DNA of 64,000 nucleotides from Candidatus Bathyarchaeota archaeon (lineage in GTDB: Archaea; Thermoproteota; Bathyarchaeia; Bathyarchaeales; Bathycorpusculaceae): positions 128,001-192,000 of the forward strand of contig CAWHDT010000001.1 of assembly GCA_963828195.1 (NCBI GenBank), written 5' to 3'. Shown piece after piece: positions 1 through 9,196 of the stretch. How positions within the stretch are numbered: position 1 is the first letter of the stretch; every line of letters begins with the position of its first letter. The position numbers and the translations under genes are program-made. Below the pieces are notes generated by a model, which worked only from the letters and a program-made list of their open reading frames with translations, was not told the DNA's origin and made no database searches.

Positions 1-608
1 GTGTCTATGCCTTCGAAGCGTAAGTCGGTTAATTCGATGCCTAAGCGTTTAAAGTAATCCATGACAGAGTTTTTAACGATAATGGAAGTTTCCTGAAGCC
101 TTGTGAAGACTGTAATTAGGTCGTAGTGGGAAAGTTCTGCAATTATCTTTTCATTCAGGAAACCTCGTAGGAAGTTGTTGACGCCGTCGGTGTCGAAAAC
201 ATTTTGTCCACCCACAACCTCATTAACGAACAGCGTTGCATCCTCGATTTTGAAGAGGAATTGCCCAAACACTTTGAGCGGAGCCAACTCTGTGGTTTGT
301 GCACTTGTGCCCCATTTGCCGTTGAAAACTTTAGTGGCGATATAGATGACCATCGCCGTAAAAGGCTTGTTGGTGCCGAACCCTGCTATTCGGGTCAACG
401 CATTTGTAAGCAGAGGCAGATTCAAAGTTGTAAGCGTGTGCCTGCCAGCGCCGAAAACATCGTAGGCTTTTCCGTCCCTGAAGAATACTGCCATCTCATA
501 CTCGTGCACGATGAGTTGGGCACCCCATGTAATGTCTTCATTTTGATATCTCCAAACTATGGCGTCTGGACCCGCATCTTTAGTTGTCCATTCGATTACC
601 TGTGGCAT
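1..608 (-). CDS. SPFH domain protein (YdjI/virion-core-like), C-terminal part runs off the window edge
   Basis: Not in the ORF track. Manual translation from ATG at 608: MPQVIEWTTKDAGPDAIVWRYQNEDITWGAQLIVHEYEMAVFFRDGKAYDVFGAGRHTLTTLNLP, the typical YdjI-type SPFH N-terminus. Starts 2 nt after the stop of 610..1146. Confidence 0.85.
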   Translation of the reverse strand, partial: MPQVIEWTTKDAGPDAIVWRYQNEDITWGAQLIVHEYEMAVFFRDGKAYDVFGAGRHTLTTLNLPLLTNALTRIAGFGTNKPFTAMVIYIATKVFNGKWGTSAQTTELAPLKVFGQFLFKIEDATLFVNEVVGGQNVFDTDGVNNFLRGFLNEKIIAELSHYDLITVFTRLQETSIIVKNSVMDYFKRLGIELTDLRFEGID

Positions 609-609
609 T

Positions 610-1146
610 TTAATTCACTCCTAACATTACTTCATTACGTTGATCAAACGTGTTTTCTAAACTTTCAAGCTTGTCAGTTACATTCTCGACCCTAGTTTTT
701 AGGTTCGCAGTTGCGCCGCTGGCTAAATCTGCTTTGAAAGCATCAATTTCAGTAGCCAACCCGGTTATTCCATCTACAAGTTTATTATCGAAAGCTATCA
801 TATGGTCAAGACTGTCTTCTTTGACTTTGACGGCGTCAAAGAACCCGCTGTACCCGTAGGGGGCATGATTAACTTTTTCAACAACACGGTCCATCTTTGC
901 AAGCAGGCGATCCATATCCGTCAATACGTCGAAGTACCTGCGGTCAGCCAGCTTCTGCTCAATTTCTCTCAGGTCATTCTTTTCTGTGGATAATTTCATG
1001 TAAAGGTGATTTCTAATTAGCCTGTCGCTTTCACGGCGCAGTTCCTTCTCTTTGTAACCGCGGAAACCAGGAACAAACGCGGCTATCCGCTCAGGAAGCG
1101 ACATTTGACCTTGAACCTTTGATAAAACATCATTATTATCGCTCAT
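610..1146 (-). CDS. Conserved helical hypothetical protein in SPFH operon
   Basis: 178 aa with PGFRGY..KE.RRE.D motif, predicted all-helical; tightly linked to the SPFH gene. Confidence 0.75.
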   Translation of the reverse strand: MSDNNDVLSKVQGQMSLPERIAAFVPGFRGYKEKELRRESDRLIRNHLYMKLSTEKNDLREIEQKLADRRYFDVLTDMDRLLAKMDRVVEKVNHAPYGYSGFFDAVKVKEDSLDHMIAFDNKLVDGITGLATEIDAFKADLASGATANLKTRVENVTDKLESLENTFDQRNEVMLGVN

Positions 1147-1221
1147 TTTACATACCCGACTTTTTGTGTTATTCGTTGATAATAAAAGGTCGCTTTTAAA
1201 GTTTGTTAGAACATATCAGAC

Positions 1222-1968
1222 TTAGAAGCGGGTAGAGGGGATATCACCTTTTAGGGCAGTTCCACCTGTCCCCTCAATAATCAACTGGTAAATTTTTCCT
1301 TTGTACTCGTATTTGATGAACCAGATGGGCGCATGCAAATAAACCTCTTGTTTAGCGGTGACTTCAGTTTCCATTTCAACAATTTTATCCACGTCTTGCT
1401 GAAGAAGAAAGCGATGGTGATCCTCGATTTGCTGCTTGGCAATTTCCAACGCGGTATCACGGTTCATTTCGCTGTTTAAGAGTTTGGCGAATCCTTCGAT
1501 TTTGCGGAAATCAAAGGGGATTTTCCCTTCCAAAGGAACCAAGTATTCACGTGTGGGGAAACCGGAAGCTTCCCGCGCCAAAACAAGCCATTCATACTCC
1601 TTTGAGATTGTGCCCTCTTTAACGATGGCTGGAGCTATACGCTCAAATATGCCCTTGTAAGTGCTTTTAGCCTCCACTGAAACAACCCAAAACGGCAGAT
1701 AGATGAGGTCTTTCTCGGAAATCTTTGATTTCTTTGCGAGGTCGCCTGGTTTGAGGAAGCCGCCGCGCATCCAATCCTGAATCGGCCCCTCTATGCTTTT
1801 GAGGTCAAACCTGTTTAGAATAAGCGAATGCTCAAAGGTGAATGCTTGCCCTGTCTCGATGACGGTGGTGAAGCCGCAGTATTTGCAGGTAGCAATTATT
1901 TCGCCCGGTTTAAATTCAATTGGAGCGCCGCAGTGGCTGCACTTGATTTCTTGAGCGATAGCACCCAT
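1222..1968 (-). CDS. Zn-ribbon protein (YdjG-like)
   Basis: N-terminal CSHC...CKYC ribbon; YLPFW and LHAPIW motifs; same strand as the SPFH gene. Confidence 0.75.
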   Translation of the reverse strand: MGAIAQEIKCSHCGAPIEFKPGEIIATCKYCGFTTVIETGQAFTFEHSLILNRFDLKSIEGPIQDWMRGGFLKPGDLAKKSKISEKDLIYLPFWVVSVEAKSTYKGIFERIAPAIVKEGTISKEYEWLVLAREASGFPTREYLVPLEGKIPFDFRKIEGFAKLLNSEMNRDTALEIAKQQIEDHHRFLLQQDVDKIVEMETEVTAKQEVYLHAPIWFIKYEYKGKIYQLIIEGTGGTALKGDIPSTRF

Positions 1969-1971
1969 TGT

Positions 1972-3354
1972 TTAAGCACTCAAATGTTCACGTTTTAAGA
2001 TTTCCCGAGCAACTATTACGCCTGAAGCTGAAGCTTGAATTAGACCGCGGGTTACGCCTGCACCGTCGCCGATGGTGAACATGTTTTGGATTTTGGTTTC
2101 TAACGCGTTGTTTAGTTGCAAGTGTGAAGAGTAAAATTTGACTTCTATGCCGTAGAGCAGTGTATCTCTTGAGTGGACTCCTGGCGCTATCACATCTAAC
2201 GCTTGAAGCATCTCACGTATGTCTGCTAAGTAACGGTAAGGCAAAACGAAGCTTAAATCGCCTGGCGTAGCATTCTTCAACGTTGGAACAACCACGCTTC
2301 TGGAGAGGCGTTCGGGAGTTGAACGGCGGCCACCGACCAAATCGCCTAGCCGCTGAACCATCACGCCGCCGCTTAGCAGATTTGAAAGTCTGGCGACATA
2401 TTTGCCGTAAGCAATGGGTTCTTTGAACGGCTCCGTGAAGGAGGTGCTGACCAGAATGGCGAAGTTTGTGTTGTCAGTTTTTCTTTCAGCGTAGCTTCCG
2501 CCGTTAACGGTTAAGACGCCATCGTATGATTCCGTGGTGACTTCGCCGTAAGGGGATACGCAGAATGTGCGGACTTGATCATCGAAAAGGCGCGAATAAT
2601 AAACTAGTTTTGGCTCATAGAGGGCTTTGGTTAGGTTCTCCATTACAGATGCTAAAACTTCAACGCGCACGCCGATGTCAACTGGGTTGTTTATGGTTTT
2701 TAATCCTCGAACCTGAGCCTCTGTCTGAAGCCATTCTGCGCCGCTTCTGCCAGGAGCAATTATGACGTATTTTCCAAGGATTTTTTCGCCATCTACTGTT
2801 TCCACTCCTTGGATAAGGTGGTTTTCAGCAATCAAGCCTTTCACGTCTGTTTTTGGTCGGAAAGTGATTTTGCCGTTGAGTTCTTTGCGCATTCTTTGGA
2901 GAGTTTCTAGGCATTTATCGGTGCCCATGTGGCGAACTTCTTGCTTGATAAGTTTTAAACCTGCAAGTGAAGCTTGGCGTTCGATTTCATCTACTTTTTC
3001 GCTGTCTCCACCGTAAACTTGCTCGCTTGCCCCGAATTTCAGGTAGATTCTGTCAACATATTTCACTAAAGCCTGAAGCTCTTTTGTTGAGACATACTGG
3101 TTTAGCCAACCGCCAACCTCTGTTGACAAAGTCAGTTTTCCGTCACTGTAAGCGCCTGCTCCACCCCAGCCTGAAAGAACTGAGCACGGTTCACAATGCA
3201 CACATTCGAACCCTCGGCTGGACGGGCATTTACGTTTATCTATATCTGCTCCTCTATCGAGTATCAGGACGTTTAAGTTTGTTTTCTCCGTCAACTCTAA
3301 CGCTGAAAAGATGCCGGCTGGCCCCGCACCCACAATTATTACGTCATATTTCAT
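1972..3354 (-). CDS. NAD(P)/FAD-dependent oxidoreductase (COG2509-like)
   Basis: MKYDVIIVGAGPAG Rossmann motif, GWGGAGAYSDGKL, GDGAGVTRG. ATG at 3354 preferred over 3399. Confidence 0.9.
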   Translation of the reverse strand: MKYDVIIVGAGPAGIFSALELTEKTNLNVLILDRGADIDKRKCPSSRGFECVHCEPCSVLSGWGGAGAYSDGKLTLSTEVGGWLNQYVSTKELQALVKYVDRIYLKFGASEQVYGGDSEKVDEIERQASLAGLKLIKQEVRHMGTDKCLETLQRMRKELNGKITFRPKTDVKGLIAENHLIQGVETVDGEKILGKYVIIAPGRSGAEWLQTEAQVRGLKTINNPVDIGVRVEVLASVMENLTKALYEPKLVYYSRLFDDQVRTFCVSPYGEVTTESYDGVLTVNGGSYAERKTDNTNFAILVSTSFTEPFKEPIAYGKYVARLSNLLSGGVMVQRLGDLVGGRRSTPERLSRSVVVPTLKNATPGDLSFVLPYRYLADIREMLQALDVIAPGVHSRDTLLYGIEVKFYSSHLQLNNALETKIQNMFTIGDGAGVTRGLIQASASGVIVAREILKREHLSA

Positions 3355-3508
3355 AGGAACTGCCCCTTGGAACCCAGAAGTACATGTAACAGGTGCCATA
3401 TATTTGTTGGTGAATTAATCATTGAAGCAGATTACATGTTCTTGGGAATTGACAGAGGACTTCAAGCGTATGGAAGAACATTTATAATAACAAAAATTCC
3501 AATAATGC

Positions 3509-4009
3509 ATGAAGAAAAACATGCCCGACAAGACACAGTCCGAAAACATAGATGAATTAATCTCCGATTTCTCGCGTTTCTACATACTTACCATACTGTA
3601 CGAGGGACCAGCCTACGGCTACAGCATAATCAGCAGATTCAGAAAAAGAGTCAAAAAAGAAGTGAGCCCAAGCCTAGTTTACCCGTTTCTGCAGCAACTA
3701 GAAGAAAAAGGCTTAGTTAAACACACGGTAAAACCGGTGGGCGAGAAGGAAAGAAAAATCTTTGAGCTAACACAGGCAGGCAGAGAATTATGCACTGACC
3801 TTTTCAAGCGCTTCGCCGAGCTGGTGGCAATCGCTATTGAACCAAGCCTGTACGTTTGTGCTCACTGCGGATGCAAAGTCTACGAAGGCGGCTACCGAGA
3901 GGTCATCGAAGGCAGAGAAACAGCGTTCTGCTGCATACATTGCGCAATCGCGTATAAAGAAGCAAAGAAACTGGCAAAACAACTGACAGGAACCGAGAAG
4001 GAAACATGA
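3509..4009 (+). CDS. PadR-family transcriptional regulator with C-terminal TRASH-like metal-binding domain
   Basis: PadR wHTH (YGYSII...SLVYPFLQQLEEKGLV...RKIFELT) plus CAHC...FCCIHC. Confidence 0.85.
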   Translation: MKKNMPDKTQSENIDELISDFSRFYILTILYEGPAYGYSIISRFRKRVKKEVSPSLVYPFLQQLEEKGLVKHTVKPVGEKERKIFELTQAGRELCTDLFKRFAELVAIAIEPSLYVCAHCGCKVYEGGYREVIEGRETAFCCIHCAIAYKEAKKLAKQLTGTEKET

Positions 4010-4031
4010 AGATAGAACAATCTTAGGGCAT

Positions 4032-4721
4032 TCAGGAATACCATGCAATTATCACTGGCGTTAATTGAGAGTTCAAGTCTTGTGTAAGCGCGTTTATTTG
4101 ATCGCTGCTCAACGGGCTTTGAGCATATAATCCAAAGCAAGATGTGGTTAAATTTCCATTGTAGTTTCCAACGCAAAACATCAATGACGTGGTATTGGTT
4201 CCGCCCAGTGAATAATTAGGAATATTCCGAGTTAATAAGTCAGGATACTTAGCCACCAAAGGCTCCAGTGCCGGATCAAAATTGTCGCCGGGCAAAGCTG
4301 TTGGAGTTAAATTTGCCATAGTAATATTCCAAGTGTAGCATATAACGTTTGAAACTGTTTGATTATTGGCCGCATCATAATAAGGGCCCCTTACGAGTCC
4401 CAACACGCCTGCTGCACCAACATTCATACCATTATATGTTATAGTTACTGTGGGGGATGGCGACGCGGACGGCGTTGGCTGAGCGGTATAATTTACCCCG
4501 TTGATATTTACACTACTAAAGTTGTCCGCGTTTATCTGCAAGTTTAAAGTGCCATTACTTAAAGTCACGTTCTCAATTACCGTACTATTGCTAATATTCG
4601 TGTTGATGTTTGCATTTGAGTTTGTAATGTTTATTAAGTAACCGCTTTCCTGAGCATAAACTAAGCCAACACTCACGATTAAAACCAGCGAAAAAACCGC
4701 GATAACGAGTTTTCTCTTCAT
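4032..4721 (-). CDS. Secreted Asn/Thr-rich hypothetical protein
   Basis: Signal peptide MKRKLVIAVFSLVLIVSVGLVYA; many N-x-S/T sequons; Pro/Ser/Thr linker. Confidence 0.7.
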   Translation of the reverse strand: MKRKLVIAVFSLVLIVSVGLVYAQESGYLINITNSNANINTNISNSTVIENVTLSNGTLNLQINADNFSSVNINGVNYTAQPTPSASPSPTVTITYNGMNVGAAGVLGLVRGPYYDAANNQTVSNVICYTWNITMANLTPTALPGDNFDPALEPLVAKYPDLLTRNIPNYSLGGTNTTSLMFCVGNYNGNLTTSCFGLYAQSPLSSDQINALTQDLNSQLTPVIIAWYS

Positions 4722-4854
4722 TTTTTGTCTAGATACATAAGGGATTGCTTTGATTTTAGTTTTTTGCCTTTTTTCAAATGCTAAAACAAAGAAAAATTCT
4801 CTTAAAAAAGTAACTATTTTAAGCTTGGGAAAAGAAAACAGTTCTTTGTTCTCA

Positions 4855-5133
4855 TTAATCTTTTATGGCTTCAATAAAACTCATGACGTTCCAGAGTTTT
4901 ACCCGTGTGTAGGGCGGCATGTTTGGGTCTTGCAGAATTTCATCCAGAAGTGACACGGCGTTTGAAGCTCTCACTGCAGGGGTGTATTCTGAGCTTTGCA
5001 GGGAATTCATAGCGTCTTTTGCGGAACGCCTGATGTTCCGTGGTGTTGTGCTATCCTCGGAGACTTCGCCAAGCACCTGTAACGCTTGATTTATTTTGGC
5101 TTCGTATTCTTCAGCTTTTTTCTTTCGAACCAT
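4855..5133 (-). CDS. UPF0147 family protein
   Basis: D.TTPRNIRR.A ... LDEI..DPNMP..TR signature. Confidence 0.9.
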   Translation of the reverse strand: MVRKKKAEEYEAKINQALQVLGEVSEDSTTPRNIRRSAKDAMNSLQSSEYTPAVRASNAVSLLDEILQDPNMPPYTRVKLWNVMSFIEAIKD

Positions 5134-5212
5134 AAACGGGCACTACCTACTGCAAGTCACGCAGTAATTGCTTATATAAGCATTGATACGTATTTACTTT
5201 GGGGTTCTAAAA

Positions 5213-5578
5213 TTGCCAGAAAAAAAAGAAAACACGCCAATTAAACGCATGGCTGAACTGTTAACTCAAGGCGCCACCCTAACCGATTTGGCCTGCCCAG
5301 TCTGTTCGTCGCCACTTTTCAGGCTCAAAGACGGCACATTGTGGTGCGCAAAAGACGAAAAAAAAGTGATCATAGTTAAGGAAGGCGAAGAACCGCCAAA
5401 ACAAACCCAAGCCAACGCAACCTATGATAAGCTTGAGGCAACACTTTTAGCAAAGATTCAGGATTTACAGTGCAGAATCGAAAAAACCGAAGACTTAGAT
5501 GAACTGCAAAAACTCAGCGCTGCACTATCTGAACTGCTTAACAGTCTGGAAAAGATCAGAAATATGAAAAAACCCTGA
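5213..5578 (+). CDS. UPF0148 / autoantigen p27 (SSSCA1) Zn-ribbon protein
   Basis: MAELL..GATLTDLACPVCSSPLF signature. TTG at 5213 preferred because a TATA-like CTTATATAAG lies at 5171-5180. Confidence 0.85.
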   Translation: MPEKKENTPIKRMAELLTQGATLTDLACPVCSSPLFRLKDGTLWCAKDEKKVIIVKEGEEPPKQTQANATYDKLEATLLAKIQDLQCRIEKTEDLDELQKLSAALSELLNSLEKIRNMKKP

Positions 5579-5589
5579 GCAGAACCATC

Positions 5590-6096
5590 GTGACGCTGGG
5601 TTTTTACGAAAATTTCCCCTTAAACATTCACATGGTTGAGAGTTTTAATTCGACACTTTCAAGCAAACAACTTCAACAAAGGCTAATCCAAGTTTTGTAT
5701 GAACTAAACAGAAAAGAATTCAGTTTTGAAGAAGCAGCCAACCCAACTATACCCGATTGCAAATTAATTTTTGAGTTCGGCTTGGCAGATGCGGAAGGCT
5801 TCAACTTCATCGATGAGGAAGAAGTGGAAAAAGTCATGGATGTGCTGGGAAAAGACCAGTTGTCCACGATGGATTTTTTCTGCGTCATACGTTATTACAA
5901 GGGTGAAAAAAAGAAGGCGTTAAAATTTGATTATTACCTTTTTCGAACTATTTATGCCAAGGATATTTTGGAAATTCAAGTTTTCCATAAAAAGGGGCCA
6001 AGATACATTTCGCCAGAAGATTTAATGTTGTTTATTTTTAACAAAGTAAATGGGGCATCGAACAGGAAGATTTTGAAAAAGCAAGCCTCTGACTAA
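5590..6096 (+). CDS. Hypothetical protein
   Basis: 168 aa ORF 11 nt after the previous gene; globular composition. Confidence 0.7.
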   Translation: MTLGFYENFPLNIHMVESFNSTLSSKQLQQRLIQVLYELNRKEFSFEEAANPTIPDCKLIFEFGLADAEGFNFIDEEEVEKVMDVLGKDQLSTMDFFCVIRYYKGEKKKALKFDYYLFRTIYAKDILEIQVFHKKGPRYISPEDLMLFIFNKVNGASNRKILKKQASD

Positions 6097-6149
6097 CGTT
6101 AAGACTGTTAAGTGCGGGTTTGTGATTCTGGATGGATAGGTTTAAAGAG

Positions 6150-6183
6150 TTAATGACTAACAGTCATTAACAGACTTAAAGTC
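6150..6183. promoter_or_regulatory. Putative TetR operator (two palindromes) just downstream of TATA box
   Basis: Perfect TTAATGACT-aac-AGTCATTAA (6150-6170), second site GACT-taa-AGTC (6173-6183), TTTAAA at 6141-6146; directly upstream of the TetR gene. Confidence 0.75.
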
Positions 6184-6204
6184 ACATAATGGATGTAGGT
6201 CATA

Positions 6205-6858
6205 ATGTCAACTTTGGAAAGAAGAGAAAAAGAGAAAGAACAACGTCGCAAGCTCATCTTAGACGCTGCCCAGACGCTTTTTTTCTCTAAACATTATGAC
6301 GAAATAACAATAGAGGAAATTGCGGAGAAGTCACAGCTTGCAAAGGGCACATTATACCTGTACTTCAAGAGCAAAGAGGCTTTGTACTCGGCGGTCGCTT
6401 TAAGAGGAGCCCGCATAATGAACGCCATGTTTAAAGACGCAACAGACAAAAGACAAAACGGGTTGGAAAAAACCGGCTCAATAGGCCAAGCCTATTATGA
6501 GTTCTACAAGCGCCACCCCCAATATTTTCGCATGTTAGTAGAAGCCGAAAACCTGCTCGTTGCCTCCAGCGATGACGTAAATGCGGCGAAATTAATCAAA
6601 GAAGGCCACGAAAGCCTCAAAATACTATCAGACGCTATTGCCTTGGGCATAAAGGACGGCTCCGTAAAACCTGACTTGGACCCGATTCAAACATCGATTT
6701 TCCTGATTCAGTCAACAAGATCCATGATACTGCTTCCGCTGGGTTTTGAGATGATTCTGAAAAGGTCAAACGCAGGGAAAGATGCCACGTTTAAGTTCAC
6801 GCTGCAAGCATTAGGCCTTTTGCTTGAGAACACCCAAACCAAAAAATTGGAGGACTAA
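6205..6858 (+). CDS. TetR/AcrR family transcriptional regulator
   Basis: ILDAAQTLF...TIEEIAEKSQLAKGTLYLYFKSKEAL HTH. Confidence 0.95.
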   Translation: MSTLERREKEKEQRRKLILDAAQTLFFSKHYDEITIEEIAEKSQLAKGTLYLYFKSKEALYSAVALRGARIMNAMFKDATDKRQNGLEKTGSIGQAYYEFYKRHPQYFRMLVEAENLLVASSDDVNAAKLIKEGHESLKILSDAIALGIKDGSVKPDLDPIQTSIFLIQSTRSMILLPLGFEMILKRSNAGKDATFKFTLQALGLLLENTQTKKLED

Positions 6859-6861
6859 AAA

Positions 6862-7434
6862 ATGAAAGCAGTAATCTTTAACGGCGCCAAAGTAGGTGAT
6901 CTGACCATTAAAGCAGTAGAAAAAGCGATTGCCAGCCGATTGGCTAAAGAAGGGTGGGATGTTGAGCCTATCGAACTGCGTGACGTGCAGATTGCTAATT
7001 GCATTGGCTGTTTTGGCTGTTGGGTTAAGACTCCGGGAACGTGTGTGATTGATGATGATGGACGGGAAACCACCAGAAAAGCTTTCCAGAGCGACCTGTT
7101 GGTTTGGCTGACTCCAGTTACGTTCGGCGGATACTCCTCCGACCTTAAGAAGGCGCTTGACCGCATTATCCCGATTTTACTGCCGTATTTCCAAATATAC
7201 CAAGGGCAAATCCACCATGAATTGCGCTACAAGAAATATCCAAAGCTGATCGTCATCGGAGTGCAAGAACCCGGCGTTGACTATGATGAAACCTTCATAG
7301 AGCTGGCTGAACGGAACATGCTTAATTTTCGGCCTCCTGCCCATGCTGCAGGGGTTTTCAAGCGAGATAAAAAGCCAGAAACTATACCCGCCTTTGTTGA
7401 GGAGCAACTAAAGAAGGTGGAGGTAATATCATGA
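6862..7434 (+). CDS. Flavodoxin-family (iron-sulfur flavoprotein-like / NADPH-dependent FMN reductase) protein
   Basis: CIGCFGCW...C..DD motif, TPVTFGGYS. Confidence 0.85.
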   Translation: MKAVIFNGAKVGDLTIKAVEKAIASRLAKEGWDVEPIELRDVQIANCIGCFGCWVKTPGTCVIDDDGRETTRKAFQSDLLVWLTPVTFGGYSSDLKKALDRIIPILLPYFQIYQGQIHHELRYKKYPKLIVIGVQEPGVDYDETFIELAERNMLNFRPPAHAAGVFKRDKKPETIPAFVEEQLKKVEVIS

Positions 7435-8222
7435 GCCAACCGAGAAACGTCCTGTTATTAATTGGAAGCCCAAGAATCGAAAGAAGCAATTCTTATGCGA
7501 TTGGAAAATTTTTAGCAGAGAAACTGGAAGAAAAAGGCCTAGTTTCTAAAGAAGCCTATACAGTACGCTTAGTTAACACGCCTGAAGGCACAGAGAAATT
7601 ACTTGGCTCGGTTGACAACGCGGACATAATAGTCCTTGCAACGCCATTATACGTTGACAGCTTCCCCTCGCCAACAATCAAAGCCTTGGAACTAATTCAT
7701 GAACATCGAAAAGCCGTAACGACAACGAAATCCCAGATGTTTGTTGCAATCATGAACAGCGGATTCCCAGAAAAGGAGCATATGGATATTGCCATCAAAA
7801 TCATTCGAAACTTTGCTGAAGCGTCAAATTTCACGTGGGGAGGAGGAATACGCGTTGGCTGGGGTATGGCTCTGAACAATGAACCGCTGAACGAAAAGAA
7901 AGGCATGACTCGAAAACTTACGAGAGGTCTAACTTTAGCGTCCATCAACCTTTCAGCTGGTCAACCCATATCAGAAGAAGCTGAAGAGTTAGCCTCTGCC
8001 CTTTTTGTTCCTCTTTTTCTGGCGAAGACTATGGCGCGCATGTTCGGCAAAAGAGGCTGGAACAAACTTGCAAAAGAAAATAATGCCAACGCGAAAATGT
8101 ATGATCAGCCATACGAGCTCAATCGGCAAGAAGCGGGTTCGGAATCCGCTCTACAAGGTAAAACCGAAACCCAGAAAAAGGCAGACTTACAAAATAACCA
8201 TGAAAACTGGAGGAAAAGTTAG
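7431..8222 (+). CDS. Flavodoxin-fold NAD(P)H-dependent oxidoreductase
   Basis: GSPR...SNS, ATPLYVDSFP, NSGFPE motifs. Confidence 0.8.
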   Translation: MSQPRNVLLLIGSPRIERSNSYAIGKFLAEKLEEKGLVSKEAYTVRLVNTPEGTEKLLGSVDNADIIVLATPLYVDSFPSPTIKALELIHEHRKAVTTTKSQMFVAIMNSGFPEKEHMDIAIKIIRNFAEASNFTWGGGIRVGWGMALNNEPLNEKKGMTRKLTRGLTLASINLSAGQPISEEAEELASALFVPLFLAKTMARMFGKRGWNKLAKENNANAKMYDQPYELNRQEAGSESALQGKTETQKKADLQNNHENWRKS

Positions 8223-9194
8223 ATGGCTCCAATAGAAGTTTCTGCTCTCAAAAAATGCTACGGAGACCTAAAAGCCGTAGATGAAATCTCTTTCACGGTT
8301 AACGAAGGGGAAGTTTTCGGTCTTTTGGGTCCAAACGGCGCAGGCAAAACCACCACTATAGAGATTTTAGAAGGATTGCGACAAAGGGACGGAGGCGACG
8401 TACGAGTTCTCGGTCTTGACCCGTGGAAAAACGGCTATGAGCTTCACCAGAAAATCGGCGTCATACCTCAAGAATTCACTTTTTTGGAAAAAATAACGCC
8501 CAGAGAAGCCATAATATACTATACTGATCTTTTCAACGTTAAAGTTAATCCTGACGAAATTTTAAAAGAGGTTTTGCTTGAGGAATCTGCGAAAACCAAT
8601 TTTGACAGCCTATCCGGCGGGCAGAAACAGAAAACTGGTCTTGCTCTTTCACTGGTTAACACTCCCGAAATGCTCTTTCTTGACGAGCCCACCACTGGAT
8701 TAGATCCGAATGCCCGTAGAGCAATTTGGGACGTCATACGTGGATTGAAAGCGAAGGGAAAAACAATCATTTTAACCACTCATTACTTGGATGAAGCCCA
8801 ACAGTTAGCGGACAGAGTAGCCATCATGGACCACGGGCACATTGTTGCTATAGGAACTTCAGATGAAATCATTGCGCAGCACGGTTCAGGTGAAAGACTT
8901 GAAATTCACGGATCCGAACTATTAGCACAATACATCAAAGCAAACACTAAACTGCAGGTTGCGTACGATAAACAAAGAAACGTGATTAGCATAACGCTTA
9001 AACAGAAAATCGATGCTTTGGCAGCTTTGACAGCGGCTGATCAATCGAAAATGGACTATGGAGACATTCAGACGCGTCGGGACAGCTTAGACGACGTTTT
9101 TGTCAAACTTGTCAGTGGAAAAGTAGATGAGCATGGCGAGATCATCGGGGACGATGAAAACAAAAATAAAACGGATAATCAACAGAGGCGTTAA
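8223..9194 (+). CDS. ABC-2 type transporter ATP-binding protein
   Basis: GPNGAGKT, LSGGQ, LFLDEPT, TTH motifs. Confidence 0.95.
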   Translation: MAPIEVSALKKCYGDLKAVDEISFTVNEGEVFGLLGPNGAGKTTTIEILEGLRQRDGGDVRVLGLDPWKNGYELHQKIGVIPQEFTFLEKITPREAIIYYTDLFNVKVNPDEILKEVLLEESAKTNFDSLSGGQKQKTGLALSLVNTPEMLFLDEPTTGLDPNARRAIWDVIRGLKAKGKTIILTTHYLDEAQQLADRVAIMDHGHIVAIGTSDEIIAQHGSGERLEIHGSELLAQYIKANTKLQVAYDKQRNVISITLKQKIDALAALTAADQSKMDYGDIQTRRDSLDDVFVKLVSGKVDEHGEIIGDDENKNKTDNQQRR

Positions 9195-9196
9195 AG

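Noticed and set aside
204-695. 163-aa plus-strand ORF
   Set aside because: Antisense shadow of the SPFH gene; the same applies to the many short ORFs nested antisense in recognised genes.
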